A stretch of DNA of 38,269 nt from Bacillota bacterium (GCA_021800315.1 JAJYZD010000001.1:1-38269); one strand, 5' to 3'; numbered from the stretch's first letter, positions 26,436 through 35,096 are shown. Numbers and translations are program-made. The notes: a model not told the origin generated them from the sequence alone.

Positions 26436-26661
26436 GAAAGGGAACCAGGAGTGGCTTGAGGAACTGACCGAGTTCGAACGGGCGATCTTAGGAATAGGGG
26501 AAGAGACTTATTACAATTATCGTTGCCCCCAGTGTGGCTATGAACAAGAGGTGCCAGACTTTGTGGTAGACGAATTCGCTGCCTATGATGAGTTGCCCCC
26601 TGGGGTCATGCCGGAGTTGGAATGCGGCAACTGTGGTGGTACGTTGAAGTGCGTTGATTAA
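26425..26661 (+). CDS. Small zinc-ribbon protein (78 aa)
   Basis: The pair CPQCG ... CGNCGG is present. The ATG overlaps the last codons of the IS91 ORF. No family was recognised. Confidence 0.45.
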   Translation: MDRKKGNQEWLEELTEFERAILGIGEETYYNYRCPQCGYEQEVPDFVVDEFAAYDELPPGVMPELECGNCGGTLKCVD

Positions 26662-26690
26662 AAAGTCGCCGAACGTAGTGAGTCGTTAAT

Positions 26691-27869
26691 TTAATCATGG
26701 TCTGGATGGTCGCCAACTAAATGGAAGTACTTAGTTGGTACCGCATTGATTGGCTCAGGTGGAGGGATGGGCCTGTCGTATTCAATAGCCAATGTAGGAC
26801 CCGATACAAATTGCTCATCGAAGATTTGTGTCAGTATTGCCCTGCCCAGTACTTCGCTTGCTAGCGAGGGAAAGGCATTCCCAATTTGTTTCTGAACCGA
26901 ACCACGCTTTCCGGAAAATATTACGTCATCTGGAAATGTCTGAAGCCTAGCCATCTCTTTGACGCTTAAGAGACGATTCTCCCAATGAAAAGGACCGACA
27001 GATGGTCCTGGCTGAGCCTGAATAGTCCAGGACACTTTGTTTTTTGCTAATTTTAGAAGGAAATTCCAATACCTTGTTCTCCAGCCGAACAAGGACAAAC
27101 CGCCCTTTCTTCTTGTGTGCCAAAGATAATTCTCGCCCTCTGGGATTGACGGCAACAAATCTGCCCACTTACCCCTGACTCGCAGATCTTCTGCTGGCTC
27201 AGTTAAGTCATCGCGACCAATTGCATCCCAAGCAGTGATGTACAAATTTTGCCCTCTCTCATTTTCGGTATCATCTGGAGGGAAATGAGTAGAAGGCGGA
27301 AATTCAAAAACCCGTCCGCCAATATGGCCTACTAAGACAAACCTCTGCCTACTTTGAGGCACACCAAAGTCGGCTGTGTTAATAACTTTCCACGACAGTG
27401 AATAATTAGTTCCATTTTGCCTATTGATCTCCTCAGTCAGCTGCCTAAGTAGTACGAATCCGTCTTCTTTCCCGGAATAGTTAATTCCGTGTACGTTTTC
27501 CAAGACAAACACCGTAGGCAATAACTCTGATACGCAGCGCATATAAGCCCCAAGAGTATTGGAACGATCATCATCGAGCCGTCCCGAGTCACCACTATAC
27601 CAATACCCTGACTTGGAAAATGGTTGACACGGAGGCCCCCCGACAAGGAGATCTATTTCGTCTCTTCTTAAATAGCCGGTATCAAGTATTTCTCTGGAAG
27701 TTGTGTCATGAATGTCCTTATTGATAACGGGCCATTGTCGATTCCTGGAAACTGTAGCACAACAGTCACTATCTATCTCCAGGCCAACACACGGCTCGAA
27801 TCCTGCAGCCTCAAATCCATAGTCGAGGCCACCGGCGCCGGTGAACAAACTAACCATTCTATACGGCAC
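26691..27869 (-). CDS. dcm: DNA (cytosine-5)-methyltransferase
   Basis: All core motifs are present: FTGAGG (I), GGPPCQPFS (IV), ENV (VI), QSRQR (VIII) and GNAFP (X). GTG 27869 lies 8 nt after an AAGGAG that overlaps the upstream gene's TAA. The maximal ORF reaches 27899. Confidence 0.93.
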   Translation of the reverse strand: MPYRMVSLFTGAGGLDYGFEAAGFEPCVGLEIDSDCCATVSRNRQWPVINKDIHDTTSREILDTGYLRRDEIDLLVGGPPCQPFSKSGYWYSGDSGRLDDDRSNTLGAYMRCVSELLPTVFVLENVHGINYSGKEDGFVLLRQLTEEINRQNGTNYSLSWKVINTADFGVPQSRQRFVLVGHIGGRVFEFPPSTHFPPDDTENERGQNLYITAWDAIGRDDLTEPAEDLRVRGKWADLLPSIPEGENYLWHTRRKGGLSLFGWRTRYWNFLLKLAKNKVSWTIQAQPGPSVGPFHWENRLLSVKEMARLQTFPDDVIFSGKRGSVQKQIGNAFPSLASEVLGRAILTQIFDEQFVSGPTLAIEYDRPIPPPEPINAVPTKYFHLVGDHPDHD

Positions 27870-27882
27870 AGCAAAAACTCCT

Positions 27883-28881
27883 TTATATCTCAGGATCATA
27901 TACTTCTTTCATCTGTTTTCTGTTCACTGCTGCAATGATGTCTGAAATCCCTCGATCAACAATGCGATCAAAAACGGTCGGCCACGGAGTGGTATCATCT
28001 TTGATGGAGATATGGACATTAACCTCAGCATTGGCGCCGGTTCCCCATGCCCTTAATCCTATACCAGGTGTGCGTTGGGGCATATTGTGCAAGACAGCAA
28101 TTGCCTTTCTTGCAGAAATCACATGAAACGGGTTATGTGCGACAGCCTTCTTGATTTCTGGCCAGTACTTCTTCACCATAGAAAAGATGAAACGATCCTC
28201 GGCATCTGTAACCAATGAACCGGCGTTTCTATTGAGTAGATCCCAAACAATACGCTCGTTGCTGTCAAGCAAGGATGGTACCAGGTGGTCGAGTAGACCA
28301 AGTAATAAATAGTCAACAGACACCGCATAGAGAAGATCTGGCACAGAATTAAGCGCTGCATGCGCTTTGTATGCGGGTATTGGAATGCAATCCTCTGGAT
28401 CCAAGATGACCAGCTTTCTCGCCTGCTCAAAACGAGTGCCAGCGTTCTTGATATTTATGGGCAGCTTCATGTCTCCATCTCTTATGGTAAAGTCAACCAG
28501 CGAATGTGACGTCTCCCTTTCATCTGTATAATAAAGCCCATGACGATTTGCGGATAAATCGTCAAGCAAATCTAAAAAGCGCTGCTCAGTGATGGTGGCG
28601 GGGAACAATTTGGTGATCGGGGTTTCGGCAGAACCGAGTTTCTCGCGTTCTGCCAATAAAGCAATAAATCCCCAATCTTTGGCTCGTTCAACGAACCTCT
28701 TACTGTTCTTTAGCGTATGGTTGCTCGAATTATATATAACTCTAGCAGCATCATCGTCCGTAAGTCCATTGAGTATGGCCAAGTACCCACGCGCTAACGC
28801 AACAGCCTCCCATCGGCTGTCACCTATTATACTGATTAGCGCATTAGCGGCTTCTTGATCTGTGTACGCCACGTTTGCCAT
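27883..28881 (-). CDS. Uncharacterised 332-aa protein coupled to the methyltransferase; candidate restriction endonuclease
   Basis: ATG 28881 lies 6 nt after GAGAGGGGA. Its stop is embedded in the methyltransferase RBS. A possible degenerate PD-(D/E)xK-like stretch is VDFTIRDGDMKLPINIKN. No family was recognised by eye. Confidence 0.5.
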   Translation of the reverse strand: MANVAYTDQEAANALISIIGDSRWEAVALARGYLAILNGLTDDDAARVIYNSSNHTLKNSKRFVERAKDWGFIALLAEREKLGSAETPITKLFPATITEQRFLDLLDDLSANRHGLYYTDERETSHSLVDFTIRDGDMKLPINIKNAGTRFEQARKLVILDPEDCIPIPAYKAHAALNSVPDLLYAVSVDYLLLGLLDHLVPSLLDSNERIVWDLLNRNAGSLVTDAEDRFIFSMVKKYWPEIKKAVAHNPFHVISARKAIAVLHNMPQRTPGIGLRAWGTGANAEVNVHISIKDDTTPWPTVFDRIVDRGISDIIAAVNRKQMKEVYDPEI

Positions 28882-29944
28882 CCGATATCCCCTCTCGCTT
28901 GCCAGATTCCCATGGAAAAGCACAGCTGTCCAGGCCTTAGCAGACGAAAGTGCCTCCCGACTGCCAGTTGCCTGTTCTTGATAACATTTGAGTTACTCAG
29001 AAAAGGCCACCTTCAAACATTCTGTTGATGGTCTAACGCTAGAAGAAACTTGATGAGCCTCGATAACCAGGCCACTGTTTGCCTTCGTCTGGGCGAATGT
29101 GCGATATTAAGGCCCACCGACGCAGCCTACTATTATAGTAATAATACTTTGTATGTATGATTCTGCTGCGAAAACCCTTTCGCCTACGTACCAGCTACAC
29201 GATATGGGGCGCCGGCCGCCTGCCCGCCGCTAACCATGGCATATGCTTCAGGCAAATCGTACTTTTGGCAGTGAAATCATGTATTCTGACCTACTCAAAT
29301 GCTAATGCCCCGCCTGCCTCCTATGCGTCTCCATCCACAGATGACTTGTCTGGCATCTTCGACATTCCGAGCATTTTTCCCTCCTGTATGTTGTATCTTG
29401 AGATAAAATTTTTTCTATACCAAGGGGTGCCCCCGGGTAGGAAAATCGCTTATCGGTGCAACAGTCCCAGGGCGCCGATGGAACAGGCCCATTTTCGGCT
29501 TGCAGTTAAAGGGCGTGCCCTCTCGTCGGCTTGGGGGAGTAAAAAACAAGGCCGTGTCAAAACATTTTCCAAGGAGCTTGGCGTGCTATAAGGATTGTGG
29601 GTATATGCACCGTATCACCTATCGGTTGGCGGACAATTAATTAGTTTGGGGTGGGAGTTAATGTATAGATTTATTAACAGTGGCTGAGCCTGTCAAAGGT
29701 GTTGTTTAGGTGCCTGCGGAGTCTATGTCCGTCCCAGTGCCCCGAGAGTTCCCGCTCTCCGGCTTACGCGGCCGTTCCATTCCCCATCGTCCGGCGGGAA
29801 GAGCATGTCTCCCGGCCGGGAAGAACGGGATCACCGCTGGCTTTCCCGGCTTATTTTTGGTATTATGACCAAGGGAGTGCGGCGGGGCAGGGGGAAGCCC
29901 GGGAAACCCCGGGGATGATTCCGTCATACAAGAGGAGGATAGCC

Positions 29945-31111
29945 ATGACCAAAGAGATCGCTCTGAAATACGGTTGCAACCCGCACCAGAAGCCGGCGAG
30001 GATTTTCGCCGAAAACGGTGAACTACCCCTTGAAGTCTTAAACGGAAAACCAGGCTACATAAACTTTATGGACGCTCTCAATTCCTGGCAGTTGGTCAGG
30101 GAACTGAAGTCCGCCCTGGGGCTTCCCGCGGCCGCTTCCTTCAAGCATGTAAGCCCGGCGGGAGCCGGGGTAGGGCTGCCGCTTTCCGAAAGACTCCGGA
30201 AGGCTTATTTCGTTGAGGATTTGGAGTTGAGTCCGCTGGCCGCCGCGTACGCCAGGGCCAGGGGCGCCGACCGCATTTCTTCCTTCGGAGACTGGATCGC
30301 GCTCTCCGACGAGGTGGATGAGTCGACCGCCCTGTTGATCAAGGGGGAAGTGTCGGACGGCATCATAGCTCCCGGGTATTCCGCCGGGGCGCTGGAAATC
30401 CTCGGGGGAAAACGTAACGGCGGCTACAATATCGTCAGGATCGACCCGGATTACGAGCCGGACACCCTGGACACCAGGAAGATTTTCGGGATTGTTTTCG
30501 AACAGCGAAGAAATAGCGTTATTCCGGCGGCCGACCTGCTGGAAAACATCGTGACCCGGAACAAGGACCTTCCCGCGGAAGCCATCCGCGATCTGGTTAT
30601 AGCCATGATAACCCTGAAGTACACGCAGTCCAATTCGGTTTGTTTCGTTGTCGACGGGCAGGTTATCGGCAACGGCGCTGGTCAGCAATCCCGAATCCAC
30701 TGCACCCGCCTGGCCGGGGAAAAGGCGGACCTCTGGTTTCTCCGCCAGCATCCCGCGGTGTTGGCACTTCAGTTCAAGGACGGTATTTCCAAAACGGATA
30801 AGGATATCGCCATCGACGAGTTCCTGCGGGGTAATTGGGCGGAAACGGAGGACGGCGGCGACGTGTTCGCCACCGTTCCCAGGCCTCTGACCGGGGCAGA
30901 AAAGGCCGGTTGGGTGAAAAACATGGCTAACGTCGCCCTTGGGTCCGACGCTTTCTTTCCCCAGAGGGATAACATCGATCGCGCTCAAAAAAGCGGAGTT
31001 AAATACATCGTCCAACCCGGCGGTTCCATCCGGGATGACAAGGTGGTAAGGGCCTGCGACGAATACGGAATGGTGATGGCGTTTTCCGGCACGCGGTTGT
31101 TCCATCACTGA
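29945..31111 (+). CDS. purH: AICAR formyltransferase-domain-only PurH homolog
   Basis: KYGCNPHQ, SFKHVSPAG and the C-terminal SGTRLFHH are present. At 388 aa there is no N-terminal IMP cyclohydrolase/MGS domain. The ATG follows AAGAGGAGG. Confidence 0.88.
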   Translation: MTKEIALKYGCNPHQKPARIFAENGELPLEVLNGKPGYINFMDALNSWQLVRELKSALGLPAAASFKHVSPAGAGVGLPLSERLRKAYFVEDLELSPLAAAYARARGADRISSFGDWIALSDEVDESTALLIKGEVSDGIIAPGYSAGALEILGGKRNGGYNIVRIDPDYEPDTLDTRKIFGIVFEQRRNSVIPAADLLENIVTRNKDLPAEAIRDLVIAMITLKYTQSNSVCFVVDGQVIGNGAGQQSRIHCTRLAGEKADLWFLRQHPAVLALQFKDGISKTDKDIAIDEFLRGNWAETEDGGDVFATVPRPLTGAEKAGWVKNMANVALGSDAFFPQRDNIDRAQKSGVKYIVQPGGSIRDDKVVRACDEYGMVMAFSGTRLFHH

Positions 31112-31148
31112 CCCGGGGGCCGTCCACCGGGTCCGGACTCCGTCAAGT

Positions 31149-31188
31149 AGGAGTAGACAAGGCGGGATGACCCGCCTTGTCTACTCCT
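31149..31188. terminator. 18-bp perfect-stem hairpin between convergent purH and the DUF1657 gene
   Basis: AGGAGTAGACAAGGCGGG-atga-CCCGCCTTGTCTACTCCT. There is no U tract on either side, and it overlaps the last codons of the DUF1657 gene. Confidence 0.45.
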
Positions 31189-31414
31189 GCCTGTTGCGCA
31201 TGTTCTGCTGGTGCACCTGGTACTGGGGTTCCTTCGACTCGATCCGGTTGATCCGTCCCCGCATGCCCTGGACGATCCCGTCCAACTGCTGGCCGTACTG
31301 GGAAAACATCCGCCGGGCCTGATCGTCGTCGCTCTCCAAGGCGAAATTCTTTACGTTGGCGGCGCAGGCTTCGAGCGAGTTCAGAGTGGAATGCATCCTT
31401 TCGCCCACGGTCAA
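31181..31414 (-). CDS. DUF1657 family small protein
   Basis: (M)TVGERMHSTLNSLEACAANVKNFALES...IESKEPQY fits the DUF1657 pattern. TTG 31414 lies 7 nt after AAAGGAGGG. The longer track ORF is an extension. Confidence 0.75.
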   Translation of the reverse strand: MTVGERMHSTLNSLEACAANVKNFALESDDDQARRMFSQYGQQLDGIVQGMRGRINRIESKEPQYQVHQQNMRNRQE

Positions 31415-31496
31415 GGTCAATCCCTCCTTTCTTCCAAGGTAGCTTGCCCCTTGCGCGGCAAAATATCGGTGGTGCACCGTTATAGGGAAGGCCGAG

Positions 31497-32630
31497 GTGT
31501 TTTTATTGCCCGAACTGGAGCAGTTGATCCTGGAAATCATCCGGCGGCAGGGGCCGCTGACCTTCGCCCGCTACATGGAGGCGGCCCTTTACCATCCTGA
31601 CCTCGGTTACTACATGCGGGATCGCGAGCGGTTCGGGATCGACGGCGACTTCGTCACCGCGCCGACGTTGTCACCTATTTTAGGCCGCGCCCTGGCCGAG
31701 ACGGTCTATGACGCCTGGTGCGGCCTGGGCCGGGGTAACTTACGCCTGGTGGAATACGGGCCGGGGCGGGGGGAAATGATGCGGGATATCCTGGCCTGCC
31801 TGGCGGCGGAGTACCCGGAACTTTACCGGGGTCTGGAAGTTGTGCTGGTTGAGGTGAGCCCCTCCCTGGCCGCCAGCCAGCGGCGGACCCTGGCTCACGT
31901 TACGCCGGGCAAGGTGACTTGGTCCGGGGAGCCGGACTGTGCGCGGGATACCGTGGTGCTGGCCAACGAATTCGTGGACGCCCTGCCTTTGCACCGGGTC
32001 AGGATGGAGCCCGGAGGCCTGGTGGAACTCTATGTGGGGGAGAAGGAGGGCCGGCTGGCCTGGGTGGCGGGACCTCCTTCCAGCCCGGAGGTGGCCGGGT
32101 TTTGGGCGCAGACGGGACTTGTCCCGCCCGAAGGTCAGTCAGCCGAGGTTTGTACGGCGGCCGGGGAATGGCTCGCCCAAACCGCCCGCTGGGTGGATCG
32201 CGGTTTTCTCCTGGTTGTGGACTACGGCCTGGAGGCGGCCGGCCTTTTCTCCCCGGCCCGGGCCGGCGGCACCGTACGTTGTTTTGCGCGGCACCGGTTG
32301 GTCGAAGACCCCTTGCTGCATCCGGGGCGACAGGATATCACGGCCCACGTCAATTTCAGCGCCCTGGCCCGTCTGGGGGAGCGGTCCTTCGGACCGGCGG
32401 CCGGTTACGCCACCCAGGGGCGTTTTATCCTGCACTCGGGGATCATGGAAAAGCTGGCGCGGGGGGACAGCTTCGTCTTCGATCCGGCCCGCCACCGCCT
32501 GGCGGAGGAACTCAAGATGCTGACCCTGCCGGGGGGGATGGGGGAAATATTCAAGGTGATGGCCTTTTACCGGGGGGATGGCCGGGCGCCGGTCCTGCGG
32601 GGGATGGCGGGGACCCGTTGGCCGGTTTGA
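31497..32630 (+). CDS. Class I SAM-dependent methyltransferase, DUF185 (MidA/NDUFAF7-like)
   Basis: F..YM..ALY.P..GYY, GDF.TAP, EYGPGRGEMMRDIL and ANEFVDALP are present. Confidence 0.85.
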   Translation: MFLLPELEQLILEIIRRQGPLTFARYMEAALYHPDLGYYMRDRERFGIDGDFVTAPTLSPILGRALAETVYDAWCGLGRGNLRLVEYGPGRGEMMRDILACLAAEYPELYRGLEVVLVEVSPSLAASQRRTLAHVTPGKVTWSGEPDCARDTVVLANEFVDALPLHRVRMEPGGLVELYVGEKEGRLAWVAGPPSSPEVAGFWAQTGLVPPEGQSAEVCTAAGEWLAQTARWVDRGFLLVVDYGLEAAGLFSPARAGGTVRCFARHRLVEDPLLHPGRQDITAHVNFSALARLGERSFGPAAGYATQGRFILHSGIMEKLARGDSFVFDPARHRLAEELKMLTLPGGMGEIFKVMAFYRGDGRAPVLRGMAGTRWPV

Positions 32631-33478
32631 GAAAGGGCCGGATTAGCACCCCGGGCGGCGGCAGGTCTCGGAAACAGGTTGACGGGCCCGGCCGGTGAGA
32701 GCGGATACGCGCCTTGGGAGTAGGAACCGGAAACCCCGGAATTTCAGCAAGAGCCGGACACCCAGCAGGTTGAGGACGTGTTCGTGAAGCCTCCCCGTCC
32801 TGAAGGGCGGAGCTTCCACCCTCTGCTGCGAGGCACCTCCGCCTTTTTGAGGGGCTGGAGGTGGACCTTATGGCTTCATGGTCCTGGAGTTACGCCGCAA
32901 GTTTGCTCTACGAGAGAGCAGTTCTTTCGGCATGCGAAACGTTTCGCATAGGACCGGTCTCTTGGGAATCGGTTTTACGTGGCAGCCCTGGTGACCCGCC
33001 ATAACCCCATACCGATTGTTAAGGAGCTACTATTATGATATACCTGGGTGATAGTGCTGTCAATAAGGCCAAAGGTATTTTTTTGAAAATATTTTCGCCT
33101 TTCATCTCCTCCCTAAAGGGAGGAGACTTCTCGGCGAGTATGTTAAATGGCACTGGGGATGGTCAGTCCGTCAGTCTGGTCAGTCAGGAAAAAGTACTAT
33201 ACAGCGCATAGCACTGCGATAGCATTTCCCCGGGGAAACCCCGTTTTCTACCCGAGCACGGGCTCTGTACCATCCGCGCTGGATGCTACACCTATATACT
33301 TCGACGGCGAGCGGTGAATCCATCATGGCCGAAGGTCGCTTTTCCCAGTGCCAAATAAGTGTTAGCTAACAATCACCATTGGTGATGAAACTGCCGTGTG
33401 CAGCATCGTCTGTCTGCTCGTCCACCACTCCCGAAAATATCTGGATCTTTGTCCGCCACGTAAGGGAAGACGGTATTC

Positions 33479-34051
33479 TCAGCGTATCTTCTTCATTGCG
33501 CGATTGACTTCGTTGATGTAGAAATATTCCGGATCGAACTTCCTGCCACCCGTGTCTTTTTCCGCCCATTCGAGATACTCGTCGTGCTCGGGGTGCTCGG
33601 GATCGCCGATAGCCAAAAGAAAATCCTCGTATCCGGGAACGCCCCCGACATCTTCCGGCGGCCTTGACCGTTCGCCTCCTATGCACAGCGGATAATGTTG
33701 TCCCTCCTCGGGCGACACTACTTCCTCCAGCACTACATCATGCTCCCAATTATCCCCAAAATCATAGGTGTAGACACATTGTTTGCGCTCACCAAAGAGG
33801 TCTGCGATTTTCAATCTTTTGGGATTCAGTTGCTTCAGACCCCCATATATCTCCCCCGGAGCGTAATCCGGATCGGGAAGATCAACCACAACGTCCCCAA
33901 AATGAAAATTGAAAAGGTGGTAATCCTGCCAGCCAAAGGCCGCCTGAATGATCTTGTGAAGCTTGTAAAAGGTAATGTCCTCCGGCACCAGAATGCGCCT
34001 CCAGATTTGTGGTTCAATCTCCTTCAACGTTATCTTGAACTGATACACCAA
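33479..34051 (-). CDS. Plasmid pRiA4b ORF-3 family (MM3350-like) protein
   Basis: YQFKITLKEIEPQIWRRILVP, FGW.DYHLF.F and YTYDFGDNWEH are hallmark blocks of this family. Confidence 0.85.
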   Translation of the reverse strand: MVYQFKITLKEIEPQIWRRILVPEDITFYKLHKIIQAAFGWQDYHLFNFHFGDVVVDLPDPDYAPGEIYGGLKQLNPKRLKIADLFGERKQCVYTYDFGDNWEHDVVLEEVVSPEEGQHYPLCIGGERSRPPEDVGGVPGYEDFLLAIGDPEHPEHDEYLEWAEKDTGGRKFDPEYFYINEVNRAMKKIR

Positions 34052-34079
34052 TGTCTCCCCCTCTAATTATGCTCATATT

Positions 34080-34680
34080 CGCGCTGTATGGCCCGCGAAG
34101 CCCGGTGATAATAGTGTGGCCTGGTGTGGCCATGCGCCCTGGAGCCTTCTGCGTGGCAATACGCCCCTTCCGGGCACCATGGTCAGCGCCCTCACCCACG
34201 CTACGGTCACCCCATATCCCTGAACACGTACTTCAGCGGCGTGTCCCCAGATCCTGGGGGCGCTGCTTACGTACGGCCCCTGCCCCATGTAGAAAACCGC
34301 GATGCCGGCGTACTGGTAGCTCATCTGCAGCATGGTCTGCCGGTTCGTCCATCACCAGGGTGAAAGTCCGGATCCGGCACCGCAACGCCGGTGAACGTCG
34401 TGCCGATGCCCTTGAAGGCCCGGGTAAACATGAGGCTGCCCGCCGCGTGGGGTAATCCGGGGAGGCGGCGATGGCCGAATGGACGCCGTACCGCTCCATC
34501 AACGCGTCGGAACGCTCCGCGTTCCGGTAGGTGTTCTCCGCCTGGCGGTCAAGGATGAACCGATCCGGCGGCCCCCCCTCGGCGACGGCCTCCTGCGCGC
34601 CCATTAACCCAATGATCGGCCGGCTCCAACACCTCAATCTTGCGAAAATCATCCCGAAAAATAAACGGTAACGCATCATG
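34080..34680 (-). pseudogene. Frameshifted DUF218 (YdcF/SanA-like) gene remnant
   Basis: QEAVAEGGPPDRFILDRQAENTYRNAERSDALMERYGVHSAIAASPDYPTRRA matches the DUF218 core (EA..GVP...I..E..S.NT.ENA......G.....LVTS.YHM.RA). The C-terminal part continues in another frame (YQYAGIAVFY). Confidence 0.5.
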
Positions 34681-34775
34681 CAATGAAGTTATTTTCATAA
34701 CGATAGTCAATGGAGCATAGGCCGTTTCCGTTTTATTCTGTTGGTCGGCCACAAGATATATGTCCCCAGAACTAT

Positions 34776-35096
34776 CTACATCTTCAATCTCACCCCCCTG
34801 AACCTCTTCTGCAAATGCGGAAACTCCTGCTGCAACAGTCTCGAGGACCGTCCCTTGAGGTATTGGAGAACCTGCGCCACCGACAGCGCTGGCCGACTGG
34901 ACATCAGCAGGTGGATGTGGTCCTTGCACACATTCCCCTTGATTATGGTGATGTCCCGAGCCCCGCAGCACTGCCGGATGATCTCCCTCGCCCGTAGGGC
35001 TACCTCCCCAACCAGAACCTGGTACCGGTACCTGGTCGTCCACAAAATGTGGTATTCCAGATTGTAGACCGTATGGCTGCCATGCCGGTACTCCAT
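34776..35096 (-). mobile_element. tnpA: IS200-type Y1 transposase (tnpA), 3'-truncated
   Basis: YNLEYHILWTTRYRY, the HUH motif KDHIHLL, and YLKGRSSRLL are present. The ORF stops at residue 106, before the region that carries the catalytic Tyr in this family. A promoter-like TTGACA-18 nt-TAGTAT and the RBS GGGGGAGG lie upstream. Confidence 0.85.

Noticed and set aside
29157-29591. A 144-aa plus-strand ORF in the gap between the R-M-like pair and purH.
   Set aside because: It has no RBS, an implausible composition and no recognisable motifs. It sits in a compositionally mixed junction region, so it is treated as non-coding. No controller-protein-type HTH gene could be found there either.
29850-29944. 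A possible ZTP (pfl) riboswitch upstream of purH, suggested by GGGAAACCCCGGGGA.
   Set aside because: The conserved GGGUCGUGAC..GGCG 5' core and the downstream CCGCCUGGGC pseudoknot partner are absent. The RBS follows immediately, without a 3' subdomain.
33162-33185. Three direct GTCAGTC repeats and other short repeats were considered as a CRISPR-like array.
   Set aside because: The repeat unit is only 7 nt with spacers of 1-2 nt, and there are no cas genes. No CRISPR architecture exists anywhere in the window.
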